Assembly (NCBI GenBank): GCA_023150455.1
Contig: JAKLKW010000004.1
Coordinates: 3,197 to 67,196, forward strand
Direction: 5' to 3'
Origin: Alphaproteobacteria bacterium
GTDB lineage: Bacteria; Pseudomonadota; Alphaproteobacteria; JAEULC01
DNA: 64,000 nt
Shown here: positions 1-8,876 of the stretch, piece by piece
How positions within the stretch are numbered: position 1 is the stretch's first letter
Layout of the letters: every line of letters starts with the position of its first letter
Notes under the pieces: model-generated
What the model was told of the DNA's origin: nothing
The model's input: only the letters and a program-made list of their open reading frames with translations
Database searches by the model: none
Made by a program: the position numbers and the translations under genes

Positions 1-911
1 TTGCCGTTGGGCCCGAGATTCGGCGGCTCGGCCGGCCGGCGCCCGACCTGCTGCGTCGGCAGGCCGAGCTTGCGCAGGAAGTCGTCCACCGGGCGGGTCC
101 AGGCCGGCTCGCCCTGTGCGAACACGGCATGGCCGTTGCGCGGGATCGGGCCCAGCATCACCAGTTCGCCCCGCCCGCCGGCCTCGGCATAGGCCTGGTG
201 CATCGACCGCGCGAGCGCGGGCTCGAAGGAGCGATCGTTCTCGGCATAGACCCACAGCGTCGGCAGGCGCCCGGCCGCGCCGAAGGCGCGGATCGTGTCG
301 ATCAGCTTCTCCTTCTGGCAGACCGTGCCGGTCTTCGGGTCGTGGCCGCGACCGCCGGCGAAGTTGATCACGCCCAGCACGCCCGACGGCGGCATCGACG
401 CCAGCGCCAGCGCCGTGATCCCGCCGACCGATTCGCCGGCGACGACGACGCGGCTGCGATCGACGCCGGGGCGCGTCGCCGCGCCGGCGATGATCGCCGC
501 CAGGTCCTTGGCGCCGGTCCGGCTTGCCTGCCGATAGCGCGTGGCCTCGCAGCTGCCGTCCGATTCGGAATAGCGGCCCTGCGAGGCGCCATAGCCGCGA
601 CGCATCGCCGCGACCGCGACGAAGCCGCGCCGCGCGAAGGATGCGGCCTGGGCCGTCAGTCCCACGACCGACTGGCCGCGCCGGCCGTCCTCGCCGCTGG
701 CCTTGCCGTGGGCGATCACCGCGAGCGGGAAGGGGCCGGCGCCGCGCGGCCGGACCTCCATGGCCTCGAGGCGCAAGGACTGGCCGTCGATCGTGACGGG
801 CAGGTCGAAATGGCTCCGGAGCAACGGCGGCGGCTCAGCGCCCGCCGGCGCCGGCGCGAATACCGGGGCGGCAATGGCCGCCGCAATGGCCAGCACCAGG
901 CGCAGCATCAT
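1..911 (-). CDS. Secreted alpha/beta hydrolase, dienelactone hydrolase-like (3' end runs off the window)
   Basis: Translated by hand (not in the ORF track because there is no in-window stop): MMLRLVLAIAAAIAAPVFAPAPAGA signal peptide, GPFPLAVIAHG, MRRGYGAS, nucleophile motif GESVG, LWVYAEND, NGH. GGGGGA RBS. Confidence 0.85.
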   Translation of the reverse strand, partial: MMLRLVLAIAAAIAAPVFAPAPAGAEPPPLLRSHFDLPVTIDGQSLRLEAMEVRPRGAGPFPLAVIAHGKASGEDGRRGQSVVGLTAQAASFARRGFVAVAAMRRGYGASQGRYSESDGSCEATRYRQASRTGAKDLAAIIAGAATRPGVDRSRVVVAGESVGGITALALASMPPSGVLGVINFAGGRGHDPKTGTVCQKEKLIDTIRAFGAAGRLPTLWVYAENDRSFEPALARSMHQAYAEAGGRGELVMLGPIPRNGHAVFAQGEPAWTRPVDDFLRKLGLPTQQVGRRPAEPPNLGPNG

Positions 912-1073
912 CGTCCCCCGACGTCCTCCGACCGCCAGACCAACGGCGCATCCCGCGGATTCGTTGCATTGAACCGCCCGGGAATGGCGGGATTGTGGCA
1001 GGCCGACGGGCGGCGTGTCCTGCGACACGAACGTGACTTGCGGCGCGCGCCCCGCCGGTCCATCTAGACGCCC

Positions 1074-1574
1074 ATGCAACGCTCCCTGTTCGCGCCCGCC
1101 CTCGTGCTCCTCGGCAGCGCGGCCGTGGTCGGCACGGCGGTCGCATCGCAGTATCTCGGTGGCCTCGAGCCCTGCGTGCTGTGCTACTACCAGCGTTACC
1201 CGTGGTACGCGGTGATCGCGCTGATGCTGGCCGCGCTGGTCCTCGGCGGCCGCGCGCGCGCCGCGCTGCTGGGCCTGGCGGCGCTGCTGTTCGCGGCCGG
1301 CGCGGTCATGGGCGCCTATCACGTGGGCGTCGAGCACAGGCTCTTCGCCGGACCGGCGTCGTGCGGCTCCGTCACCATCGATGCCGGGTCGATCGAGGCC
1401 CTGCGCGCGCAATTGATCGGCAAGCCGGTCGTGCGCTGCGATCAACCGGCCTGGTCGCTGTTCGGCATCTCGATGGCCGGCTACAATCTCGTCGCTTCGC
1501 TCGCCATGGCGGCGCTGGCCGCCCGGCTGGCGCGACGGGAATGGCAGGCGCGGGGATGGAAATCGGCCGCATGA
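1074..1574 (+). CDS. dsbB: Disulfide bond formation protein B family
   Basis: Hydrophobic helices, PCVLCYYQR CxxC motif, second Cys pair (ASC...VRCD). Confidence 0.9.
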   Translation: MQRSLFAPALVLLGSAAVVGTAVASQYLGGLEPCVLCYYQRYPWYAVIALMLAALVLGGRARAALLGLAALLFAAGAVMGAYHVGVEHRLFAGPASCGSVTIDAGSIEALRAQLIGKPVVRCDQPAWSLFGISMAGYNLVASLAMAALAARLARREWQARGWKSAA

Positions 1575-2128
1575 CGGAATCGCACAGGACGTTTCACCGG
1601 ATGCCCGGCGACCCGCCGCCGCGCGAGATGGTCGAGCGCATCATCCGCGTCGACCAGGCCGGCGAATACGGGGCGGTCCGTATTTATGCGGGGCAGCTCG
1701 CCGTGCTGCCGGAAGGGCCGTCCAAGCAGGCGGTGCGCGACATGGCCGCCAAGGAAAAGGAGCACCTGGCGGAATTCGACCGGCTGATCGCCGAGCGACA
1801 CGTGCGCCCGACCGCGCTGCAGCCGCTCTGGCACGTCGCGGGCTTCGCGCTGGGCGCGGCGACGGCGCTGCTGGGGCCGCGTGCCGCGATGGCCTGCACG
1901 GTCGCGGTGGAAGAGGCGATCGACGAGCACTACGCGGCGCAGGCGCGTGCCCTCGGTGACGACGAGAAGACGCTGCGCCGGCGCATCGAGACCTTCCGCG
2001 AGGACGAGCTGGAGCATCGCGACACGGCGCTGCGGCACGAGGCCGAGAAGGCGCCCGCCTATCCGCTGCTGTCGGCCGCGATCAAGTCGGGCTCGCGCCT
2101 GGCGATCTGGCTGTCGGAGCGCATCTGA
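1571..2128 (+). CDS. coq7: Demethoxyubiquinone hydroxylase (di-iron, Coq7 family)
   Basis: IIRVDQAGEYGAVRIYAGQ, EKEH, CTVAVEEAIDEHY, EDELEH. ATG at 1571 overlaps the dsbB stop (ATGA). Confidence 0.93.
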   Translation: MTESHRTFHRMPGDPPPREMVERIIRVDQAGEYGAVRIYAGQLAVLPEGPSKQAVRDMAAKEKEHLAEFDRLIAERHVRPTALQPLWHVAGFALGAATALLGPRAAMACTVAVEEAIDEHYAAQARALGDDEKTLRRRIETFREDELEHRDTALRHEAEKAPAYPLLSAAIKSGSRLAIWLSERI

Positions 2129-2130
2129 CG

Positions 2131-2724
2131 ATGAACGACGTCGCAGCGCGCCCAGATATTCCGGGGGCGAACGTGGCGGGCACAGGCGGGCTGATCCTGC
2201 CCTATGGCGGCGTGCTGCCGACCATCGGCAGGGACGTGTTCATCGCGCCCAACGCCACGGTGATCGGCAACGTGACCATCGGCGACGGGTCGAGCGTGTG
2301 GTTCAACGTGCTGATCCGCGGCGACGACCACTGGATCAAGATCGGCGAGCGCACCAACCTGCAGGACGGCACCGTGGTGCACCTGAGCAAGGACACGGCG
2401 CCGACCTGGATCGGCTCGGACATCACGATCGGCCATGGCGCGATCATCCACGGCTGCACCTTGATGGACCGCTGCATGGTCGGCATCGGCGCCATCGTGC
2501 TGGACGGCGCCGTGGTGGAGACCGGCGCCATCGTCGCCGCCGGCGCCGTGGTCTCGCCGGGCAAGCGCGTGCCGGCGGGCGAGATGTGGGCGGGCTGCCC
2601 GGCCAGGAAGGCGCGCGACGTAAGGCCCGAGGAGCTCGTCTATATCGACCGCAACGCCGCGCATTACCGCGGCCTCGGCGACAGCTACCTCGCCATGCGC
2701 CGCGCGCCGGTGCCGGGGCGGTAG
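2131..2724 (+). CDS. Gamma-carbonic anhydrase family (left-handed beta-helix) protein
   Basis: Hexapeptide repeats, IRGD, NLQDGTVVH and IGHGAIIHG with all three His ligands. Confidence 0.9.
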   Translation: MNDVAARPDIPGANVAGTGGLILPYGGVLPTIGRDVFIAPNATVIGNVTIGDGSSVWFNVLIRGDDHWIKIGERTNLQDGTVVHLSKDTAPTWIGSDITIGHGAIIHGCTLMDRCMVGIGAIVLDGAVVETGAIVAAGAVVSPGKRVPAGEMWAGCPARKARDVRPEELVYIDRNAAHYRGLGDSYLAMRRAPVPGR

Positions 2725-2789
2725 CGTGCAAGATATTGGAAATATTATAGTTTTTTCTGATTGTGGCTGCGGCGCGCGCCTGTGCGCGC

Positions 2790-2818
2790 CTTGACTCGGC
2801 CGGCAGGGCAGCCTATCC
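2790..2818 (+). promoter_or_regulatory. Putative sigma70 promoter of ispG
   Basis: CTTGAC-N17-CTATCC, close to the alphaproteobacterial CTTGAC-N17-CTATAT consensus; AT-rich tract upstream at 2731-2762. Confidence 0.55.
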
Positions 2819-2852
2819 AACCCGCTTCCGAGCAAAAGGTGGCTTGAAGAGC

Positions 2853-4088
2853 ATGTCGAGCATCGGGGTGCCGGTCGAACGGCGCAAGAGCGTGCCGGTC
2901 ACGATCGGCAACGTGACCATCGGCGGCGACTGGCCGATCATGGTCCAGTCCATGACCAACACCGACACGGCCGACGCCGACGCGACGGCCCGGCAGGTGA
3001 AGGCGCTGGCCGATGCCGGCTCCGAGGTCGTGCGCATCACGGTCAACAACGAGGACGCCGCCAAGGCCGTGCCGCATGTACGCGACAAGCTCGACAAGAT
3101 GGGCTGCGACGTGCCGCTGGTCGGCGACTTCCACTATATCGGCCACAAGCTCCTGACCGAGTACCCGGCCTGCGCGCACGCCTTGGCCAAGTACCGCATC
3201 AATCCCGGCAACGTCGGCTTCCGCGAGAAGAAGGACAAGCAGTTCGCGATGATGTGCGAGGTCGCGTGCAAGAACCGGAAGCCGGTCCGCATCGGCGTCA
3301 ACTGGGGCAGCCTCGACCAGGAGCTGCTGACGCGGCTGATGGACGAGAACTCGCGCGGCAACAACCCGAAGGACGCGATCGAGGTGACGCGCGAGGCGAT
3401 GATCGTCTCGGCGCTCGAGAACGCGAAGGCGGCGGAGGAGATCGGCCTCGAGCGCTCGCAGATCGTGCTGTCGGCCAAGGTGAGCTCGGTGCAGGACCTC
3501 GTCGCGGTCTACACCGGCCTGGCGGCGCGCTGCGACTACGCGCTGCACCTGGGCCTGACCGAGGCCGGCATGGGCTCGAAGGGCATCGTCGCCTCGGCCG
3601 CCGCGCTCGGCATCCTGCTGCAGCGGGGCATCGGCGACACGATCCGCATCTCGCTGACGCCCGAGCCCGGCGGCGACCGCACGAAAGAGGTCATCGTCGG
3701 CCAGGAAATCCTGCAGACCATGGGCCTGCGTAACTTCACGCCGCTGGTCGCCGCCTGCCCCGGGTGCGGGCGTACGACCTCGACCGTGTTCCAGGAGCTG
3801 GCGCAGGACATCCAGGGCTACGTGCGCAACAAGATGCCGGAATGGCGCCGGCAGTATGTCGGCGTCGAGACCATGCAGCTGGCCGTGATGGGCTGCATCG
3901 TCAACGGCCCGGGCGAGAGCAAGCACGCCAATATCGGCATCTCGCTGCCCGGCACCGGCGAGCAGCCGGCCGCCCCCGTGTTCATCGACGGGCAGAAGGT
4001 CACGACGCTGCGCGGCGCCAACATCGCGCGCGAGTTCCAGGCGCTGGTCGACAAGTACGTCGCGGAGAAATACGCAAGGCGCGCCTAG
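2853..4088 (+). CDS. ispG: (E)-4-hydroxy-3-methylbut-2-enyl-diphosphate synthase
   Basis: [41 protein letters not shown]. Confidence 0.97.
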   Translation: MSSIGVPVERRKSVPVTIGNVTIGGDWPIMVQSMTNTDTADADATARQVKALADAGSEVVRITVNNEDAAKAVPHVRDKLDKMGCDVPLVGDFHYIGHKLLTEYPACAHALAKYRINPGNVGFREKKDKQFAMMCEVACKNRKPVRIGVNWGSLDQELLTRLMDENSRGNNPKDAIEVTREAMIVSALENAKAAEEIGLERSQIVLSAKVSSVQDLVAVYTGLAARCDYALHLGLTEAGMGSKGIVASAAALGILLQRGIGDTIRISLTPEPGGDRTKEVIVGQEILQTMGLRNFTPLVAACPGCGRTTSTVFQELAQDIQGYVRNKMPEWRRQYVGVETMQLAVMGCIVNGPGESKHANIGISLPGTGEQPAAPVFIDGQKVTTLRGANIAREFQALVDKYVAEKYARRA

Positions 4089-4109
4089 GCGCGCGTTGAT
4101 CCGCGCGCC
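4088..4109. repeat. 22-bp REP-like hairpin GGCGCGCG-TTGATC-CGCGCGCC (copy 1)
   Basis: Identical to 59599-59620; both copies lie at or just after a stop codon. Confidence 0.7.
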
Positions 4110-4318
4110 TTCCATTTAGGTCGGGCGGCCGGATCGACGGCCGCCTGATCGCCGCGAACGTTCCGGAACGTTCCGCGCTTGCCCCTTGACTCGCCGCGCG
4201 GTCGAGCGCAGCATTTCAGTCATTCTCCGACAATGCGTCCATCGCGCGCCGGCCGTCGGCTTGTCCGTCGGCGATCGATTCACGCGGAGCGGGACGGCTC
4301 GGTGGAAGCGTTCGGAGC

Positions 4319-4856
4319 GGAACGGCCGCGCATGCGTCACCATTCGTCACCACCGCCGGAAGCAGGCGAGCGTGGGGCGGCGTTCGGCTGCGCGCCGCGC
4401 CGGGGAAATCGACCCAAGGATGCGTCATCCGTCATCACCGCGGCGCGACCGCGGTGTAAGTGCTTGTAACCGCAATCGATTGCCGCGGGCGCGCCAGCTC
4501 GTGGGAAACCGCCGACGCGTCATCGCCCAGCGAGCAGGTTCGGCTGCCCGGGGCCCGCGAAGTCGGCCCGTCCTTCGACCGGCCGCGACACGCCGCGCCC
4601 TCCGCGTGCGGCATCCGGATCGGTTCACGGCGGAGGCGCGGAGACGCGGAGGAGCACGCGGAGGCAGGCCGGCTTTGGCGGAGGGGGCGCGGCGCCGGAT
4701 CCGGTCCTTCGCCGCGCCGATGGGAACAACGGGAACGTGTCATCCGTCATCACCGCGCGCACGACGGCGGGGCAAGTCCTTGAGACCGCGTTCCGATTGG
4801 ACGGGCCGCGCGCGCCTGCGGAAAACGTAAACGCGTCATCACCCGTCATCGCCGGC
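4319..4856. repeat. Degenerate CGTCATC repeat array including a duplicated ~105-bp unit
   Basis: GTCATCCGTCATCACCGCG identical at 4424-4442 and 4739-4757; ACGCGTCATC identical at 4515-4524 and 4831-4840; related core at 4333. Confidence 0.7.
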
Positions 4857-4931
4857 ATCTGGATGTCGCGCGCGGAAAGACCGAGAATGGCGCGCCGGCC
4901 GCCGTCCGGGGCGGCCGGGTGGGGGAGCGCC

Positions 4932-6125
4932 GTGGCGTCGAGCGACCTGCGGGTGTTCATCAACTACCGGCGTGACGACAGCCCCGGCTCGGCCGGGCGG
5001 CTGCACGACCGCCTGGCGCTGGAGATTCCGCCCGAGCACCTGTTCATGGACGTCGACGCGATCGCGCCGGGGGTCGACTTCGTCGACGAGATCGACCGCA
5101 AGGTCAGGGCCTGCGACGTGATGCTGGCGATCATCGGCCGCGGCTGGCTCGACGCCGCCGACAAGGAGGGAAGGCGCCGGCTCGACGATGCGGCGGATTT
5201 CGTGCGCCTGGAGATCGCCATGGCCCTCAGGCACGGCGTCAACGTGGTGCCGATCCTGGTGGACGGCGCCAGGATGCCGGCGGCCGAGGACCTGCCCGAG
5301 GAGTTGCGGGCGCTGGCGCGGCGCAACGCGGTCGAGCTCAGCCATCAGCGCTTCGCCGCCGAGGCGAAGAGCCTGGCCCAGGCGCTGGTCAAGAGCCACG
5401 CCGAGGCGAAGGCCCGCGCGGCCGCAGCCGAGGCGGCGGCGCGGCCCCGGCTGCTGTCGTCTCGGCGCCTGGCCGGCGCGGCGGCGACCGCGTTCGCGTT
5501 CATCGCCTCGGGCGCGATCCCCGGCCATTTCTTCGCCGCGCCTGGCACGGAGTGGTGGTTCCTGCGGATCGGCCCCGGCGCGCAGCTCTGGGTCGCGTTC
5601 GGCGCGATGGTGGGTCCGGCGCTGGCGCTGAAGCTGTGGATTCCGCGCCTGGCGTTGCGCCAGTTCTGGAAGTGCGTCGCCGCCATCTTCGGCACGCTGG
5701 TCGCCATGGCCGCGCTGGCGCTGGGGCTGCAGGAGGCGTTCATGTCGTTCGTGCCGCCCAATCCCCAGCGCGGCGTCGACATGCTGGTGTGGATGGGAAC
5801 GATCGAGATACCCGTCACCTTTGCCTCCGGCGCCGTGCTGGGATGGCTGCTCGCCTGGGCGCTCCGCTTCTGGTTCCCCGACAAGGGCGGGCCGGGCTTC
5901 TTCAGCCGCATGGTCCTGATCTGGATCGCTGCCGGGCTCAGCTATGCCGTCGCCAACTATCTGCTGATCTCGATCGCCGAGGCCGCCGCTGCGCGTGTGG
6001 CGGGCGCCGAGGATGCGCTCGGCGCGCGCGAGGCCATGCGGATGTGGACCGACACGGTGGTGTTCGGCTTGTGCTGGGCGCTGGGAATCGTGCTGACCTT
6101 CCGCCTGGCCGCGCGCGCCCGCTGA
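4932..6125 (+). CDS. TIR (TIR_2-like) domain protein with C-terminal multi-pass membrane region
   Basis: VFINYRRDDS, FMDVDAI, DFVRLEI, VVPILVDGARMP, then about 6 hydrophobic helices. GTG start after a GGGGAG RBS. Confidence 0.88.
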   Translation: MASSDLRVFINYRRDDSPGSAGRLHDRLALEIPPEHLFMDVDAIAPGVDFVDEIDRKVRACDVMLAIIGRGWLDAADKEGRRRLDDAADFVRLEIAMALRHGVNVVPILVDGARMPAAEDLPEELRALARRNAVELSHQRFAAEAKSLAQALVKSHAEAKARAAAAEAAARPRLLSSRRLAGAAATAFAFIASGAIPGHFFAAPGTEWWFLRIGPGAQLWVAFGAMVGPALALKLWIPRLALRQFWKCVAAIFGTLVAMAALALGLQEAFMSFVPPNPQRGVDMLVWMGTIEIPVTFASGAVLGWLLAWALRFWFPDKGGPGFFSRMVLIWIAAGLSYAVANYLLISIAEAAAARVAGAEDALGAREAMRMWTDTVVFGLCWALGIVLTFRLAARAR

Positions 6126-6140
6126 ACCGCGCGCGCCGCT

Positions 6141-6746
6141 TCAATCCAGCCGGCGGTCCTCGAGGTGGCGCCGCAGCGCCCGCGTGTAGCGCGGCATCAC
6201 GGTCGGCATGATCGACTGGCCCTCGGGCGGGCGGTCGATGCCGAACACCGTCCTGGGGAAGTCGAGCGGCTTCTGCACCGACCAGATCTCCTCGTGCTTC
6301 TCCGGCGGCAGGATGCGCGCCGGGTCGCCGACGGCGACCCAGCCGATCGGCACGGTGGCGTCGGCGGCCAGGCGCGTGCGCAAATGCACCGTGCCGTTGA
6401 TGCGCACTTCCGCGCGCCGGCCGACGACGGCGCGATTGAAGACGCAGGCGCCGGTGGCGAGGAACGCCTCGGCCTCGACCGTGCAGCCGGTCAGATAGGC
6501 GCGCGGCCCGACCAGCACGTTGTCGCCGACCGTCAGCGGCGCCTCGGGCGCGCCGCGCAGCACGGCGTTCTCCATGATCACGCAGTCGCGCCCGATGCGG
6601 ATCGGCCCGCCCTCCGCGCTCAGGACCGCGCCGAACAGCACGCAGCTGCCTTCGCCGATCTCGACGTCGCCCGAGACGACGGCGTTGGGCGCGATGTAGA
6701 CGTCCTTGGCCAGGGTCGGCCCGGCGCCGCGGTGCTCGATCAGCAT
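6141..6746 (-). CDS. Gamma-CA-like left-handed beta-helix protein lacking the His zinc ligands
   Basis: Hexapeptide repeats (YIAPNAVVSGDVEIGEG). His positions are replaced (VLRG, VGPRAYLTG). Confidence 0.85.
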   Translation of the reverse strand: MLIEHRGAGPTLAKDVYIAPNAVVSGDVEIGEGSCVLFGAVLSAEGGPIRIGRDCVIMENAVLRGAPEAPLTVGDNVLVGPRAYLTGCTVEAEAFLATGACVFNRAVVGRRAEVRINGTVHLRTRLAADATVPIGWVAVGDPARILPPEKHEEIWSVQKPLDFPRTVFGIDRPPEGQSIMPTVMPRYTRALRRHLEDRRLD

Positions 6747-6757
6747 GAGGTGCTCCG

Positions 6758-7501
6758 TCAGATATCCAGCCGCTTCATCACCCGCTCGGGAATCGCCTTG
6801 ATGACCGCCATGATCGGGGTCCAGAACCACGGCGCGTAGATCTCGTCGCGTCCCTTGAGCGCCGCCTTCAGCGCGGCCTCGGCCACCGCGCGCGGCGAGG
6901 CGACCAGGAACAGCTCGGGGCGGCCGAAGGTCATGGCCGTGTCGACGAACCCGGGCTTGACCGTGGTCACCGTCACGCCGTGACGATGAAGGCGCGCGCG
7001 CAGGCCCTGCAGATAGGCATGCAGGCCCGCCTTGGTCGCGCCGTAGACATAGTTCTTGCGCCGGCCGCGGTCGCCGGCGACCGAGCCGAGCGCGATCAGG
7101 TGCCCGCCTTCCTGGTCCTCCAGATGCGGGGCGAGCCGGTGCAGCACGCTGACCGCGCCGGTGAACCCGGCGCCGATCGTGGCCAGCGCCAGGTCGGGCT
7201 CGGCGTCGACCGAGGCCTGCTCCTCCATGTAGGCGAAGGCGAGGAAGACGCCGAGACGCCCCGGCGCCAGCCGGCGGCAGTCGCGCGCGAAGTCGGGGTG
7301 CGACGCGGTGTCCAGCGCGTCGAAGCCGAGCACGTGGACGGAAGCCGCGCCGCGCAGCGCCAGGTCCTTGGCGAGGATATCCAGGTCCTCGCGGTCGCGC
7401 CCGGCCAGGATGACGCCGTCGCCGCGCCGGGCGACCAGGCGCGCGAAGGCGCGCGCGATGGCCGAGGACGCGCCGAGCACGACCCAGGTTTCGCCGCTCA
7501 T
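6758..7501 (-). CDS. SDR oxidoreductase, DprE2-like (prenylphosphoryl-2-keto-pentose reductase)
   Basis: GASSAIA Rossmann motif, SVAGDRGRRKNYVYGATKAG (YxxxK), KPGFVDT; adjacent to a DprE1-like gene. Confidence 0.85.
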   Translation of the reverse strand: MSGETWVVLGASSAIARAFARLVARRGDGVILAGRDREDLDILAKDLALRGAASVHVLGFDALDTASHPDFARDCRRLAPGRLGVFLAFAYMEEQASVDAEPDLALATIGAGFTGAVSVLHRLAPHLEDQEGGHLIALGSVAGDRGRRKNYVYGATKAGLHAYLQGLRARLHRHGVTVTTVKPGFVDTAMTFGRPELFLVASPRAVAEAALKAALKGRDEIYAPWFWTPIMAVIKAIPERVMKRLDI

Positions 7502-7514
7502 GGGGTCTCGCCGC

Positions 7515-8876
7515 TCACGCCACGTCCTCGCGGATGCGCAGGCGGCGCGCCATGTCCGAGCGGAAGCGTCCCTGCGGGTCGACCGCCGCCAGCACGCGGC
7601 GCAGCTCGTCGAGGCGCGGGTACATCCGGGCGAAGCCCTCCGGGCTCAGCGCCGAATCCTTGGCCAGGTAGATGCGCCCGCCGTGGTCGAGCGTGATGCG
7701 CTCGAGCCGGTGCAGCAGGTCCGGCGCGTCGGGCCGGTTCGGGAAGTCGAGCGCCAGCGTGATCCCGCGCATCGGGAACGACAGAAAGCCGCGCCCGTCG
7801 CCGCCCAGGGTCTTGATGACGGCGAGGAACGAGGCGGCGCGCGACTGCGCCGCCGCCTCCAGCAGCGCGCGCAGGCCCTTCTCGGCCTCGGCGTCCGGCA
7901 GCACGCACTGGAACTGGCGGAAGCCGCGGCTGCCGTAGAGCCGGTTCCAGCCGCTGAGCGCGTCGAGCGGGAACAGGAACCGCCGCAGGCCGACGCTGCG
8001 CTCGCGCCCGCCCGCCGGCACGCGGCGGAAATAGAGCTCGTTGAAGGCGGCGACGCCGGCCGCGTTCAGCACGGAGCCCGGCAGGTCGAACGGCACGGGC
8101 AGCGCGCCGCGCCGGTCGCGCGCGACCGCCGTGCCGGCGGGCGCCGGCTCGGCCGTCTCGAGGATGCCGCGGCCGAGGCTGCCGCCGCGCGCCAGCGCGT
8201 CGATCCAGCCGACCGACCAGGTCGCGGCGCGCGCGCGCGTGGCGAAGGCGGACAGGAAATCGTCGAGCGAGGCCATGCGCTCCTCGCGCAAGCGTACCGC
8301 CGGCGACGGCACGCGCTCGAGCGCGAGGCCGAGGCGCAGCACGATGCCGCTGAGGCCGATGCCGCCGCAGGTCGCCGCGAACAGCGCGGGATCGGAGTCC
8401 GGCGTGACGCGCCGGACCGCGCCGTCGGCGGCCAGCAGGTCGAACCAGCGCACGTGGTCGGCGAAGCTGCCGACGCGGTCGTGGTTCTTGCCGTGCACGT
8501 CGTTGGCGAGCGCGCCGCCCAGCGTGACGAAGGCGGTGCCGGGGCAGACCGGCGGCATCCAGCCGCGCGGCAGGAACACGTCGACCAGGTCGTCGATCGT
8601 GACGCCGGCCTCGCAATCCAGCGCCCCGGTCGCCGCGTCGAACGCGAGCAGGCGGTCGAGGCGCTCGGTCAGGATCGTGTCGCCGCCCTGGTTCAGCGCC
8701 GCGTCGCCGTAGGCGCGGCCCAGGCCCCGCGCGATGACGCCGCCGGGGCCTGCGGCCCAGAGCGCGGAGGCGACTTCGCCGATCCGCTCGGGCCGCCGCG
8801 CGGTCGTCTCCGCCACGGCCACGCGGCCCCAGCCGGAGAGGCGGAGCAGCGCCGCGCCCTGAGGGCGCTCAGCCAT
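7515..8876 (-). CDS. FAD-binding oxidoreductase, DprE1-like (prenylphosphoryl-ribose oxidase)
   Basis: LSGWG, RGLGRAYGD, PGTAFVTLGGALANDVHGKNH, GFRQFQC, GGRIYLAKD, FRSDMARRL. Confidence 0.9.
   Translation of the reverse strand: MAERPQGAALLRLSGWGRVAVAETTARRPERIGEVASALWAAGPGGVIARGLGRAYGDAALNQGGDTILTERLDRLLAFDAATGALDCEAGVTIDDLVDVFLPRGWMPPVCPGTAFVTLGGALANDVHGKNHDRVGSFADHVRWFDLLAADGAVRRVTPDSDPALFAATCGGIGLSGIVLRLGLALERVPSPAVRLREERMASLDDFLSAFATRARAATWSVGWIDALARGGSLGRGILETAEPAPAGTAVARDRRGALPVPFDLPGSVLNAAGVAAFNELYFRRVPAGGRERSVGLRRFLFPLDALSGWNRLYGSRGFRQFQCVLPDAEAEKGLRALLEAAAQSRAASFLAVIKTLGGDGRGFLSFPMRGITLALDFPNRPDAPDLLHRLERITLDHGGRIYLAKDSALSPEGFARMYPRLDELRRVLAAVDPQGRFRSDMARRLRIREDVA

Noticed and set aside
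4156-4173. LexA box
   Set aside because: GAAC/GTTC spacing is N6; the alphaproteobacterial box needs N7.
4186-4830. 214-aa ORF and other ORFs in the ispG-TIR gap
   Set aside because: No RBS, atypical codon use and Arg-rich low-information translation.
4319-4856. CRISPR interpretation of the repeat region
   Set aside because: Repeats are degenerate and irregular, the intervening DNA is homologous between units, and there are no cas genes.
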